From NCBI GenBank assembly GCA_040390065.1, contig JAZJZE010000009.1, positions 442,930-506,929 on the forward strand: DNA of 64,000 nucleotides, written 5' to 3'. Position numbers and translations under genes: made by a program. The DNA comes from a bacterium. Lineage in GTDB: Archaea; Thermoplasmatota; E2; JACPAO01; JAHFTW01. Positions 18,682-28,310 of this stretch are shown here, one piece after another; positions within the stretch are counted from its first letter, which is position 1; each line of letters begins with the position of its first letter. Under the pieces are notes generated by a model. That model saw only the letters and a list, made by a program, of their open reading frames with translations. It was not told the origin of the DNA and did no database searches.

Positions 18682-20193
18682 TCAGATGAGCTTCAGAACG
18701 TCCATTCCACGGCTCAAGTCGCCGGTGAAAAGGTAGCCGTTGTCGTACGCGGTCTCCCACGTGTTCGAGTGGTCCTGGTACTGGCTGATCATCTTCGGCA
18801 CGACGCCGGGGCCGACGTTCGTGAAGTCGAGCAGGATGACGCCGTCACCGTAGTAGCTCATGGCCAAAAGGTCGCGGCCTTCCATGTCCGGGACCATGCG
18901 GCCGTGGTGGGTCGTGCAACTGGCCGAGTGGATCTGGCCGTCGGTGCCCGCGTACGTGGTTGGCTGCACGGGTGGCTCGAAGTAGCCAAGAACCTGCGGG
19001 CTCGCCTCGTTTGAGACGTCGTAGAACCACGTTGCGCCGATTGGAGTGCCGGCCGAGGAGCCGTCCAGGGGCACGGCGGCGCTGGCTGCGCAACCGGGGG
19101 GCAAGCCGCCGCCGCCGGACTCGTCGCCGACGTACAGGACGTCACCCTTGATGTTCATGCCAGCGGAGTGGCTGAACATCTCGACCGAGGCGGAGTTGCT
19201 CGGGCCGTTGGCAACACCAGAGTGCACCGGGATCGACACGATGACCTTCGGGTGCTCCGGGTCGGTCGTGTCCCACAGCTGCGTGTACTGGATGCCGGCG
19301 CAGATGGCGCGGAACTTGTTCTGCGTCGCGTTGTTCCAGAAGAAGATGTGGTGGCAGGACAAGCCGTTCTTGAATTCCTGCACCAATTTCGGGTGTTCCG
19401 GGTCGGTGAGGTTGTAGATGGAGGTGTAGCCGACGCAGTTCGTGATGGAGGCGCTGCACGTTCCGGGGCCGAGGCCGAGCGGGTTGATCGGGCTCGAGGC
19501 TTCGCCACCGTTCGAGCCGGCGTTGTACACGATAGGCGTGCCGGGGACGACGCCCAGCTTGTGGCCGCCCTCGCTGGGGGAGACGTCTGCCAGTTGCACC
19601 GGGTGGACTGGGTCCGTGAAGTCGATGACGTCGAAGCCCGGGCTCGTCGAGATGACGGTGACGAGCCTGCCGTTCGGGTAGGCGATGATGGCGGCGCCGC
19701 GGCCGCCGGTGTCGATGGCCGAGAGCGGGACGGGGTGCGTCGGGTCGGAGATGTCGACGAAGTGGGCCTGCGAGCCGTCCTCCGGAACGACGGCGATGCG
19801 GCCGAAGAGTGCGATTCCTGCGCCCTGCGTCACGTTGCCGCCGACCTGCAGGAGGTGCTGCATGCCCGTGACGTGAGCCGGAAGAGCCGTGCCGTTGATC
19901 GGGTTCCACCAAGCGAGGCAGCCCGTCGTGTACGGCGTCGTGGCGTTGCGTGCCGTGCGGGCCATGCAGCCGTCAGGCGTCGACGGCAGGGGGCCGATGG
20001 CGGGGTTCGAGAGGGTCGGCCAGCCCCACTTGGCGTGCGGGGCGTTCTGCGGGTCTGCCCAGAGAGCGGGTCCGGCGAGGAGGTTGACGGCTGCCGCATG
20101 GTCGTCCGTCGTCGTGGTCGTGGTCTCGGTCTGGGCGCAGCCGGCAAACAGCGCAAAAAACAGCGCCGCGGCCGACAGGAGTCGCAGGGACAT
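18682..20193 (-). CDS. LVIVD-repeat beta-propeller lipoprotein
   Basis: LFAGC lipobox; repeats FVDISDPTHP, VIDFTDPVHP, IYNLTDPEHP, LWDTTDPEHP, FYDVSNEASP. Confidence 0.8.
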   Translation of the reverse strand: MSLRLLSAAALFFALFAGCAQTETTTTTTDDHAAAVNLLAGPALWADPQNAPHAKWGWPTLSNPAIGPLPSTPDGCMARTARNATTPYTTGCLAWWNPINGTALPAHVTGMQHLLQVGGNVTQGAGIALFGRIAVVPEDGSQAHFVDISDPTHPVPLSAIDTGGRGAAIIAYPNGRLVTVISTSPGFDVIDFTDPVHPVQLADVSPSEGGHKLGVVPGTPIVYNAGSNGGEASSPINPLGLGPGTCSASITNCVGYTSIYNLTDPEHPKLVQEFKNGLSCHHIFFWNNATQNKFRAICAGIQYTQLWDTTDPEHPKVIVSIPVHSGVANGPSNSASVEMFSHSAGMNIKGDVLYVGDESGGGGLPPGCAASAAVPLDGSSAGTPIGATWFYDVSNEASPQVLGYFEPPVQPTTYAGTDGQIHSASCTTHHGRMVPDMEGRDLLAMSYYGDGVILLDFTNVGPGVVPKMISQYQDHSNTWETAYDNGYLFTGDLSRGMDVLKLI

Positions 20194-20242
20194 GGCTCCG
20201 GCGACGCCAGGTACGCTTCAAGAGGCTTGTGTCGTCCACGTC

Positions 20243-21577
20243 TCAGGCTAGTTTCAGGACGTCCATGCCGCGGCCGATGTCCCCGGTGAAGACGTAGCCG
20301 TTCCAGACGCGCGCGTTCCACGTGTTGATTCCAGGGGCCCGGTACTGGCTCAGGATGGCCGGATGCGACGGTTCCGTGAAGTCGATCAGCAGGACGCCGG
20401 CGTTGTACCAGGCGATGACGAATTTCTCCTCGCCGGGAACGAGGGTCCCGAAGTGCGCCGTGCAGCCAGCGCCCGGCGTCTCGTCAGGCTCCGTCGGCAC
20501 TTGCGGGACCGGTTCGTCCTGGGGCCGCATGGTGGGGGGGCTGATCCAGCCCTTGAGCACGGGCGACGCCTCGTTCGCGACGTCGTAGAACCACAACGCA
20601 CCAAGGGGCGTGGCAAGTCCCGTCGTTGGCTCGTACGCGAAGCACGCGCCCGGCTGGCCGCCGCCCGAGTATTCGTCGCCGATGATGAGCACCGTGCCCG
20701 CGGCGTTGGAGCCAGCGTAGTGGTGCAAGCCGCGTGTGCCGATGAGGGGATTCGCCGTCTTGTCGACGGTCGCAAGGACCGTGATGCCGAAGTTGGGCTT
20801 GGCGGGGTCGAAGCCGTCGAGGCTCCAGATCTCCGTCGCCTGGACGCCGGCGCAGTAGGCGCGGAACTTAGGTTGGCCCAGCGTTCCGTGGAATGTGATG
20901 CCATGACAGCCGTAGATGCCGAACTTCCCAACGACGACGGGGTGGCAAGGGTCGCGGGCGTCGATGAGTTCGTTGCCGTTGCCCATTCCCGACGACGGTG
21001 CGTTGAAGACGTACTCGGTGCCCGGCACGACCGCCAGGTTGTGGTTGTTGACCCCTTCGAGCTCGACGTTCGACAGCCACACCGGCTGGCGCGGGTCCGT
21101 CACGTTCCAGAACTGCATGCCGAAGTGGTTGCGGCCGGTGGCCAGGATAAGGGTCCGGGTGCCGTCGGGGTGCGGCATGAGGTCGGCCTTGCGGGCGTAT
21201 TCGGTCTTGCCTTCCCGGCCAGTCGAGTTGAACACGAGGACAGGGTGCATCGGGTCGTGCACGTCGGCGATGAAGAAGACGTGGTTGAGGGCCGAGCCGA
21301 AGACGTAGTCGCCGGCGACTTGGTTGCCGGAGCCAGTCGGCCAGGGCACGCCCGCCGAGTCGTTGAGGCGCGCCACGAACTCAAGGCGCGTGACGGACTT
21401 CGGCTGCGGGTTGGCGGCAGTTGGCGCCGTATCCCAGGATGACAACGCAGCGGTCCCGTCGCCGACACGGGCGCTGGAGCACACGACGGGGCTTGACGTG
21501 GTTTCCGGGACCGACGACGACGTGCATCCGGCCAAGGCCGCGAAGGCGAACAGAATGACGGCGAGGATGGCGCGCAC
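20243..21577 (-). CDS. LVIVD-repeat beta-propeller lipoprotein (tandem paralog)
   Basis: LAGC lipobox; IADVHDPMHP, FWNVTDPRQP, FYDVANEASP; C-terminus GYVFTGDIGRGMDVLKL matches the neighbour. Confidence 0.8.
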   Translation of the reverse strand: MRAILAVILFAFAALAGCTSSSVPETTSSPVVCSSARVGDGTAALSSWDTAPTAANPQPKSVTRLEFVARLNDSAGVPWPTGSGNQVAGDYVFGSALNHVFFIADVHDPMHPVLVFNSTGREGKTEYARKADLMPHPDGTRTLILATGRNHFGMQFWNVTDPRQPVWLSNVELEGVNNHNLAVVPGTEYVFNAPSSGMGNGNELIDARDPCHPVVVGKFGIYGCHGITFHGTLGQPKFRAYCAGVQATEIWSLDGFDPAKPNFGITVLATVDKTANPLIGTRGLHHYAGSNAAGTVLIIGDEYSGGGQPGACFAYEPTTGLATPLGALWFYDVANEASPVLKGWISPPTMRPQDEPVPQVPTEPDETPGAGCTAHFGTLVPGEEKFVIAWYNAGVLLIDFTEPSHPAILSQYRAPGINTWNARVWNGYVFTGDIGRGMDVLKLA

Positions 21578-21621
21578 GATGCGCCGACGCGGGCGCCCCC
21601 TTGAAAGCGTTGCGTCGGGCG

Positions 21622-22782
21622 CTAGTACACTTCGAACAGGATGGCGTAGCCCTGCCCGCCGCCGACGCACATCGTCTCGATCGCCAGCCCGCCGCCCTTG
21701 CGGCCGAGGTTGTTGAGGATGTGGCTGGCGATGCGCGTACCGGTTGCGCCCAACGGGTGGCCGAGGGCGATGGCGCCGCCGTTCGGGTTCACGATGTCCT
21801 CGGGGATGCCGAGCTCACGGATGGAGGCAAGGACCTGGCTGCCGAAGGCCTCGTTGATCTCGAACTGCGCCAGGTCCGCGACCTTGACCCCCGTCTGCTT
21901 GAGAAGGCGGCGCACCGCGGGGATGGGGCCGATGCCCATGACTTCGGGCTCGACGCCAGCGACGGAAGCGCCGAGGATTGCGGCCTTCGGCTCCAGGCTG
22001 TGCTCCTGGGCGAACTTGGCGCTCGTGACGAGGCTCATGGCGGCGCCGTCGGACATCTGGCTCGCGTTGCCGGCGGTGACGACGCCGTCGGCCTTGAAGA
22101 CGGGTTTGAGGGCGGCGGTGGCTTCGTACGTGGACCCGTAGCGAATGCCCTCGTCCTTGGAGACGACGACCGGCTTGCCGTCGGGACCGGGTACGGTCAC
22201 GGGGACGATCTCGGCATCGAAGAGCCCGGATTTCTGGGCGGCTTCGGCGCGGTTGTGGCTGCGGACACCCCAGCGGTCCATGTCCTCGCGCGGCACCTTG
22301 TAGCGCTTGGCGACCTCTTCTGCCGTGATGCCCATGGCGTTGTAGTACGTCTTGCGGCGGTCCCACATGCGGGGATTGACGTAGAGTTCCGGGGTCATGC
22401 CGACCATGGGGATCATGCTCATGGTCTCGACGCCGCCTGCCACGAGGCAATCGTTCCAGCCCGACTGGATGGTGCTGTGTGCCAAGGCCATGGCGTAGGC
22501 GGAGCTCGAGCAGAAGCGGTTGATGGTCGCGGCACCGGACGCGTCTGGAAGGCCTGCGAGAAGGCCGACTTGGCGCGCGACGTTGTAGCCCTGCGGTCCC
22601 TCCGTCATGGCGCAGCCGACAAGCAGGTCTTCGACGTGCTTGGCGTCGAGTTTGGTTCGAGACAGCAGACCCTCCAGGCACCAGGCGCCCAGGTCGTCGC
22701 TGCGGGTCTTCGCAAACGAACCCTTGAACGCGCGGCCGATGGGCGTCCGGCAGGCGTCGATGATGACTGCTTCCTGCTGCAC
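21622..22782 (-). CDS. Thiolase (acetyl-CoA C-acyltransferase)
   Basis: RTPIG, NRFCSS catalytic Cys, EINEAF, GGAIALGHPLGATG, MCVGGGQG. Confidence 0.95.
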   Translation of the reverse strand: MQQEAVIIDACRTPIGRAFKGSFAKTRSDDLGAWCLEGLLSRTKLDAKHVEDLLVGCAMTEGPQGYNVARQVGLLAGLPDASGAATINRFCSSSAYAMALAHSTIQSGWNDCLVAGGVETMSMIPMVGMTPELYVNPRMWDRRKTYYNAMGITAEEVAKRYKVPREDMDRWGVRSHNRAEAAQKSGLFDAEIVPVTVPGPDGKPVVVSKDEGIRYGSTYEATAALKPVFKADGVVTAGNASQMSDGAAMSLVTSAKFAQEHSLEPKAAILGASVAGVEPEVMGIGPIPAVRRLLKQTGVKVADLAQFEINEAFGSQVLASIRELGIPEDIVNPNGGAIALGHPLGATGTRIASHILNNLGRKGGGLAIETMCVGGGQGYAILFEVY

Positions 22783-22807
22783 GGAACGCCCCACGCGGTC
22801 GCGCAGG

Positions 22808-22813
22808 TTATAG
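22808..22813 (-). promoter_or_regulatory. Putative TATA box for the thiolase gene
   Basis: CTATAA on minus strand 26-31 nt upstream of GTG 22782. Confidence 0.5.
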
Positions 22814-22914
22814 GCTTCCGGGTGCGGGCAGGTACCTGCCACCAGCAATGCCCCTGCCATGCCGACCGTTGTCCCTGACAGCCTTTACGCGAAGGCGCCC
22901 AGAATGGGAATGCC

Positions 22915-23424
22915 ATGACGCAAACGCATCGCACGAAACGAACGCTCTGGCTCGCCGCCGCCCTGGCCCTCGCGGGCCTCGCCGCTTGGGCCCCTCCCGT
23001 CGTCGCGGATGGCAACGCCGGCACCGTGAAGGTGCAGGACGACAGCGACACCGGGAACATGTCGAACGACCCGCACGTCGGCTGCAGCTTCTCCGTCGAG
23101 GGATTCAACATGGCCGCCGCCTCCGGCACGCTCTCGATCCAGGCATGGCCGCCAACCGGCGACCGCAGCGAGGTCCTCGCCGCGAACTGGACAGCGGACG
23201 CCGACTCGGATGCGACGGGCAACCACTTCGTCGCAGGCGAGTTCTCACTGCCGTCCGGTCACTACAAGGTGTCCGCGAGCAACGAGCAGCACGCCAAGAC
23301 CAAGGTCTTCTGGGTCGACTGCCCCAACGCCAGTGTGCCGGTCTTCCCGACCACGACCGCACTGACCATCGGCACGACGGCCGCCCTCGGCGGAGCGTTC
23401 CTCATCCTGCGCCGCCGGCCTTGA
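22915..23424 (+). CDS. Small secreted protein with a PEF-CTERM-like C-terminal sorting signal
   Basis: Signal peptide; C-terminal VPVFP motif + TM helix + RRRP; directly upstream of an archaeosortase. Confidence 0.8.
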   Translation: MTQTHRTKRTLWLAAALALAGLAAWAPPVVADGNAGTVKVQDDSDTGNMSNDPHVGCSFSVEGFNMAAASGTLSIQAWPPTGDRSEVLAANWTADADSDATGNHFVAGEFSLPSGHYKVSASNEQHAKTKVFWVDCPNASVPVFPTTTALTIGTTAALGGAFLILRRRP

Positions 23425-23428
23425 TGGG

Positions 23429-24415
23429 ATGACCCCGCCCCTCCTCCTCTCTTCCACCCTTTCTCCGCCCATACCGGCGGACCCGCAGCCGCAGCCAAGC
23501 CCAGCGCCGAGCGCGCGAGCCTACATCGGTTTGGCAATCCTCGGGTGGGGCCTTTCCATGGTTCTTGGCGCATCCCCGCACGAAGACCCGTTGGTCGGCG
23601 CCGCGTTGGCCTTCTTCGGCGCCGCACTCCTCGTCTCGTCACCGCGGCTTCCGCACGTCGAGCACCTGCCCTCCACCCTCGTCGCTTGCGTTGGGATGGC
23701 ACTATGCGTTGCCATCGCCGCAGGGACCGCCCTCGCGCACACCGGGCTGAACGTGACGAAGGCCGCCGTCCTTGCCGCGGGGCTCGCGTTGGTCGCGTGC
23801 GCTCCCCTCATTGCGACCCACAGGACCATTCCATGGCGCGGCGACCAGGTCCCGCTGGCCACCGTCGCGGCCGCAATCCTCGTCGCGCTGGCCGCTCCCC
23901 TTGCCGTCTGGGGCGCGCAGGCCACCTTCAAGGACGCCTTCGGGGCGACGCCGGTCGAAACCTTCGTCGCCTTCGGCCTCCTCGTGCCGCTCGCGTTCCT
24001 GGCCAACCTCGCAGGACTGCACGCCGTCGCGCGGGGCCAGGATCTCATCTATGCAACGCCGCGAGGCCAGCTGGACGTCCAGGTCGGCGCGGCCTGCTCC
24101 GGCGTCGAGGCCATGGCCGTCTTCACGGCCGTCCTGGCCTTGTACTGCCTCATCGAACGCCCCGGTGGGAGGGCCCTGGGCATGTGGAGTCTTGTCGGCC
24201 TAATCGGCGTCTACGTGGCCAACATTCTGCGCCTCACGCTGCTCGTCGCCGTTGGCTACTGGTGGGGAACGGACGCACTGCTTCGCGCGCACGCGGAGGC
24301 CGGCTGGATCGTCTTCGTGGCCTGGGCACTCGTGTTTTCGTGGCTCGTCCGTTCGCAGGTGTCGCGTTCGCGCAAACGCGGGGCAGCCCCGCTGCCGCAG
24401 GATGGCCCTCCGTAG
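23429..24415 (+). CDS. Archaeosortase/exosortase family transpeptidase
   Basis: Multi-TM; catalytic Cys (VGAACSG), Arg (ANILR) and His (RAHAEAGW) in family spacing. Confidence 0.85.
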   Translation: MTPPLLLSSTLSPPIPADPQPQPSPAPSARAYIGLAILGWGLSMVLGASPHEDPLVGAALAFFGAALLVSSPRLPHVEHLPSTLVACVGMALCVAIAAGTALAHTGLNVTKAAVLAAGLALVACAPLIATHRTIPWRGDQVPLATVAAAILVALAAPLAVWGAQATFKDAFGATPVETFVAFGLLVPLAFLANLAGLHAVARGQDLIYATPRGQLDVQVGAACSGVEAMAVFTAVLALYCLIERPGGRALGMWSLVGLIGVYVANILRLTLLVAVGYWWGTDALLRAHAEAGWIVFVAWALVFSWLVRSQVSRSRKRGAAPLPQDGPP

Positions 24416-24422
24416 TGGCCCG

Positions 24423-25073
24423 TCAGGTACGACGGAACACGAAGGGCAAGATCTGGTCGAGCGGGCCCCCCTCGATCGTCCACGTCGCATGCTCGCGCGT
24501 GTAGTCGTCCTCCGGATGGAACGCCACGGACCGCCCGGCGACCTCGAACATCGAGACATCGGGCAGCGAATTGCCGACGCACAGCACGCGTTCGAGGGGG
24601 ATGCCGAGTTCCTTGGCGAAGCGCACGACGGGTGCCGCCTTGTCGTTCAACGGAGTGCGCACGACGCCTTCGCCCGTGATGTGGCCGTCGTCATCGTAGA
24701 CGAAGCCGTTCGCGGCAACACGTTCGATGCCGAGCCGCTTCGCGAGGTTCTCCGCCATGACGTCGACCCCGCCCGACACGATTGCGACCTCGACACCGTG
24801 GGCGCCCAGCGCCGCGATGGTGTGCTCGACTCCGGGCATGAGCGGCGGGACGCGGAAGATGTCCTCGAAGTCGCTGCGCCGGATCTTCGGCTTCAGCCGC
24901 AGCCACAAGGCGGCGTCGCGCCGAATGAATTCCCGGTCGTCGAACTCGCCGTTGAGGTAGCCGCGCAGGCTCGCCTCGTTCTGCACGCCGAAATGCTTGT
25001 GGACCATCACCCAAGACGAGCCCACGTCGATGAGGACACCATCCATGTCGAAGCAGACGAGTTCGACGGGCAC
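24423..25073 (-). CDS. HAD-IB family phosphatase (phosphoserine phosphatase-like)
   Basis: Motif I FDMDGVL, motif II IVSGG, K, motif IV VGNSLPD. Start could be ATG 25205. Confidence 0.85.
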   Translation of the reverse strand: MPVELVCFDMDGVLIDVGSSWVMVHKHFGVQNEASLRGYLNGEFDDREFIRRDAALWLRLKPKIRRSDFEDIFRVPPLMPGVEHTIAALGAHGVEVAIVSGGVDVMAENLAKRLGIERVAANGFVYDDDGHITGEGVVRTPLNDKAAPVVRFAKELGIPLERVLCVGNSLPDVSMFEVAGRSVAFHPEDDYTREHATWTIEGGPLDQILPFVFRRT

Positions 25074-25251
25074 CTCCGGCCCCGGCTGCCGCGTCGGCGC
25101 GCGCACGACGCGGTGGCGATGATAGAAGGCGGCGAGGGCGTCCTTCAAGTGGGGCCGCCGACGGCGAACGGCGCTTAGCGTTTGGCGTGGGGTCCGTGGC
25201 CACATCAGGCCCGTCGCCAACCTAGAAGAATCCGGCGCCGTTGGACCCGCC

Positions 25252-25929
25252 ATGGCCGACGCGCCGGGACGACCCCGGCTGAAGGACATCCTCGATGGCA
25301 AGGTGCCGCGCCTGCAGGAAGCGCGCCCACTGCCCCGCCTGTCGGAGGACGACGTCGTCAACTTGGCGGCGCCGGCCTCGCAGCAGATCGGCGACAAAGC
25401 CTCGCCGGCGTTCATCAAGAGCCTCCTGCATGGCAAGGACGCCATGATGCGCCGCGCCGGGACGAAGCAGGCGGAAACGAGCGAGCGCACGTACGCAGTC
25501 CCGTACCCAAGCGCCGTGCTTGCCTACGGCTTGTCACTGCAGCGCAACCGGCTCCCCGTGGTGACCATGTTCGACACGGCGGCCGGCGGCATCCTCGAGG
25601 CGGACATCGCGACGGACATCATGGGCAATCCCGGCATCCTGACCATCGCATTCTTCGACGAACCCGCTAGCATCCGCGTCGACGCATCGTCGGAATTCGC
25701 GGGCCAACTCAAGCAGGGCAGCAACGCTCGTCGCTTGCTCCTGGAATTCGTGGCCGACGCCGAGTCGTACCTGCGCAAACTCGAACCCGCATGGCGGCCC
25801 CCCGCAGCCCCGGAGCGGCAGGAAGCCCCGCACGCCGCGCCCGCCCCCCCGCCGCCCACCGACCCGCACCCGGGCTGGTTGGCCGTCGACGAACCCGCCG
25901 GCTGGCTCCCTCTGGACGACGAGCCGTAG
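25252..25929 (+). CDS. Hypothetical protein
   Basis: 225-aa ORF with coding-like codon usage and Pro-rich tail. Confidence 0.6.
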   Translation: MADAPGRPRLKDILDGKVPRLQEARPLPRLSEDDVVNLAAPASQQIGDKASPAFIKSLLHGKDAMMRRAGTKQAETSERTYAVPYPSAVLAYGLSLQRNRLPVVTMFDTAAGGILEADIATDIMGNPGILTIAFFDEPASIRVDASSEFAGQLKQGSNARRLLLEFVADAESYLRKLEPAWRPPAAPERQEAPHAAPAPPPPTDPHPGWLAVDEPAGWLPLDDEP

Positions 25930-26006
25930 CCGCCGAAACAGTCAACCGCCCGCCGGCCCCAATCCATGTGGCACCCGCCGGGAACGTCGGCACGTTGATG
26001 GAAGGC

Positions 26007-26316
26007 GACTCCCCAGCCTCGAATAGACCCCATTCTGTTTCCCAGCCACTCTCGCGAATGTCTGGCAAGCGGCATCCGACTACGCGTCGCATGGACTTGC
26101 ACCCCGAGGGACGATGACCGTTTCAACAAATCCGCAAGAGACGTCAGGACCAAGTCCATCATCCCATTCCCGCGACTGTGTCGTTTCTGCGTCTCATCCA
26201 GCCCGTCTCCAGGCTCCAGCTTCTGCCGACCCGTTCTGCGCCTTGCGGCGCTGGTGTGGGGATCTTCCTCAGCCACCCTTGCGGGCTACCGTCAGCCGCT
26301 CTGAGGCGAGGGAGTC
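26007..26316 (-). ncRNA. rnpB: Archaeal RNase P RNA
   Basis: Minus strand: terminal P1 GACTCCCTCGCCTC...GAGGCTGGGGAGTC; CR-I GAGGAAGATCCCC, GCAGAAACG, TTGAAACGG, GGTGCAAG, CR-V AACAGAATGGGGTCTA; 310 nt; BRE/TATA-like CGAAACCGTAAAG about 25-37 nt upstream. Confidence 0.88.
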
Positions 26317-26649
26317 AATTCAGCGGCACGCCCGCCTGCCCTTTACGGTTTCGGCGCTATTCAACTTCGTTCAGGTTCCGAACCAGACCGGCTTGGGCAT
26401 CGAAGTCGTCCAGGAAGACGCGCTCCCAGTCACCGCACTCCGCACACGAACATTCCTCATCGTGCGCCAGGGGTACGCAGCCCATGGCTTTGCGCGGCAA
26501 AGGGAGGGGCGGTAGCGTGAATTCCCTACTCCAGCCACCCAACATGCAAGAGATCCCGCCATGACGCCCATGAGAACGGCCCGAACCGGCGCAGGCTTCC
26601 GCTTCAGCCGACGCCGCATGGAGGCGCGGCCGCCCCTTTCGAAAAGGCC

Positions 26650-27102
26650 CTAGGCTCGCGACCCATTTTCTACGCCTGCCGGCAGACGCGCACGAATGTG
26701 GCCCAGCAGCGCGTCCGCCTGCGCAGCCGAAATCCGTCGAATCCGGATGACCAGGGCTCGGCCCGAGGAGGACCGTAGTCTCAGGCCGACAACTAGAGCC
26801 AAGGAAGTCGACGCGCCGGCGCCCACGATCGCAAACTCATCGATTTCCTCCCACCTGAGCACCTTTTTCCTGAAAGCATAAGTCATGGAAACGGTCCGTT
26901 CCGTAAGGCGGATTTCCATTGTAAGCACGGACCACAGGAACCATGCATAGAAGCCACCGAACAGCAACGCGAACAGGACCGGGCCAACGTGCTCGCTTGA
27001 AACAATCCCGTCCCAGACAGATATCATTGCCAAAGGGAGAAAGATGATGCTGGGCCCAAGAATGTTGGGGCGGGGATGAATCACCAGGTCGCCCACGAAC
27101 AT
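26650..27102 (-). CDS. Membrane protein with bacterial PH-like domain
   Basis: Two TM helices followed by EIRLTERTVSM...KVLRWEEIDEF pattern. Confidence 0.6.
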   Translation of the reverse strand: MFVGDLVIHPRPNILGPSIIFLPLAMISVWDGIVSSEHVGPVLFALLFGGFYAWFLWSVLTMEIRLTERTVSMTYAFRKKVLRWEEIDEFAIVGAGASTSLALVVGLRLRSSSGRALVIRIRRISAAQADALLGHIRARLPAGVENGSRA

Positions 27103-27292
27103 TTTCCCCCAGAATTCGCATGCCCAAAGCACCCCGAAGCGAAAATCGCGGCGAGGGAACACGCGGCGACAAACAAGGATGAGTGGTTTGCCATTTCCCG
27201 CCTTCGCGTGAAAGAGGAGCGCATGTAACAATAACCTTTGCCGGCCAGCCGTCCGCCCCAATCTTCATCCCGCCTCCGTCCTCGCCGCCAGC

Positions 27293-27706
27293 GTGGACGA
27301 CGCGCCGCGCCAGGGGCCCCCGGGTGCGGCCCGCTTCGTCGGCTTCGGCGTGCTGTTGTTCCTGCTCGCCATCTTGATGGCGCGCCTCATCATCTACGGG
27401 TCGTGGGGTTGGGCGGTCGCCGCCTTTGCCGCTCCCGCGGTCCTCCTGGTCCTGCGCTTCCTCATGGGTTGGGGGGCCGCCTTCGTCCTGTCCGGCTTCT
27501 TCGTCGCGGCCGTCCTGGGCTTGCGCGCCATCCTCGACGAACCCCGCGTCAGTTGGGCCCTGCTCCTCGTGCTGACCCTGTTCCTGTTCTCCGCCATGCT
27601 GGCCGGCCGCGTGGCCGTGACACTGTGGGAGTTGCGCAAGCCTGGGCCCGAGGCCGAGCCGAAACCGGATACCGACGGCGACCTATTGCAAGGAAAACCC
27701 GAGTAG
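27293..27706 (+). CDS. Hypothetical membrane protein (4 TM)
   Basis: Four hydrophobic helices; typical codon usage. Confidence 0.65.
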   Translation: MDDAPRQGPPGAARFVGFGVLLFLLAILMARLIIYGSWGWAVAAFAAPAVLLVLRFLMGWGAAFVLSGFFVAAVLGLRAILDEPRVSWALLLVLTLFLFSAMLAGRVAVTLWELRKPGPEAEPKPDTDGDLLQGKPE

Positions 27707-27795
27707 CCGAAAAGAGATTGGAGAGAGAAGGAAAAGGGAACTTGGGCGGGCCCATACGGGCCACGCCACGCACTTGGACCTGATGGTCCAAATGC

Positions 27796-28002
27796 TTACT
27801 TGTTGGCCAGGAACGGGAGGCCCGTGCGCTGGTTGATGCCGACCTTCTTGCCGGCCGGCATCTCGGACCACTTGCAGCCCGGCTTCAGCTTCGCGCCGGT
27901 CTTGCAGAAGAAGTAGATCTGCTGCTTGCGGCCGCCCTTCAGTTCGACGTTGCGGGTCGCGAGGACGTAGGTTCCCTTCTTGGTCTTGTGTTCGTACGGC
28001 AT
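27796..28002 (-). CDS. Small basic conserved hypothetical protein (68 aa)
   Basis: MPYEHKTKKGTYVLATRNVELKGGRKQQIYFFCK...RTGLPFLANK; strong codon bias; TATA-like GGTTATAG about 40 nt upstream. Confidence 0.8.
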   Translation of the reverse strand: MPYEHKTKKGTYVLATRNVELKGGRKQQIYFFCKTGAKLKPGCKWSEMPAGKKVGINQRTGLPFLANK

Positions 28003-28023
28003 AGGTGGGATTCCCCCAGTGTC

Positions 28024-28310
28024 CAACAGAAGGGCGACCCCTATAACCTTGCCGAAACACAACAGGAGGGCAACAGGAGGGCATTTTCGTCTCCGCCCAG
28101 AAGGGCATTTTCCTCCTGTTGGCGGCCCTCCCAGGAAGGGGCGAAATCCCCCCCAGGAGAGGCCCAGAAGGTGCCCTTCCGGTGGGACCGGTGGATTCCA
28201 TCCAGGAGGCCGATGATCGGCAGGGCGGAGCAGGGGCCGTTGCCCAGAGTCGCCGGTTGCATCCTGGAGGCGCCTGAAGGAACATGTAGGCACCTGAAGG
28301 CACCTGAACT
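28024..28310. repeat. Array of about 14 short degenerate motifs (approx. MCWGRAGG), ending in five copies at exact 10-bp period
   Basis: CAACAGAAGGGC, CAACAGGAGGGC x2, CCCAGAAGGGC, inverted CCTCCTGTTG, further copies; 28261-28310 atcctggagg cgcctgaagg aacatgtagg cacctgaagg cacctgaact. Confidence 0.7.

Noticed and set aside
26357-26545. Short ORF with CxCxxC (MGCVPLAHDEECSCAECGDW...)
   Set aside because: Could be a microprotein, but too short and unsupported to call.
25524-26564. Several overlapping ORFs (25524-26276, 26114-26515, 26178-26564)
   Set aside because: They overlie the RNase P RNA gene and show no protein-like features.
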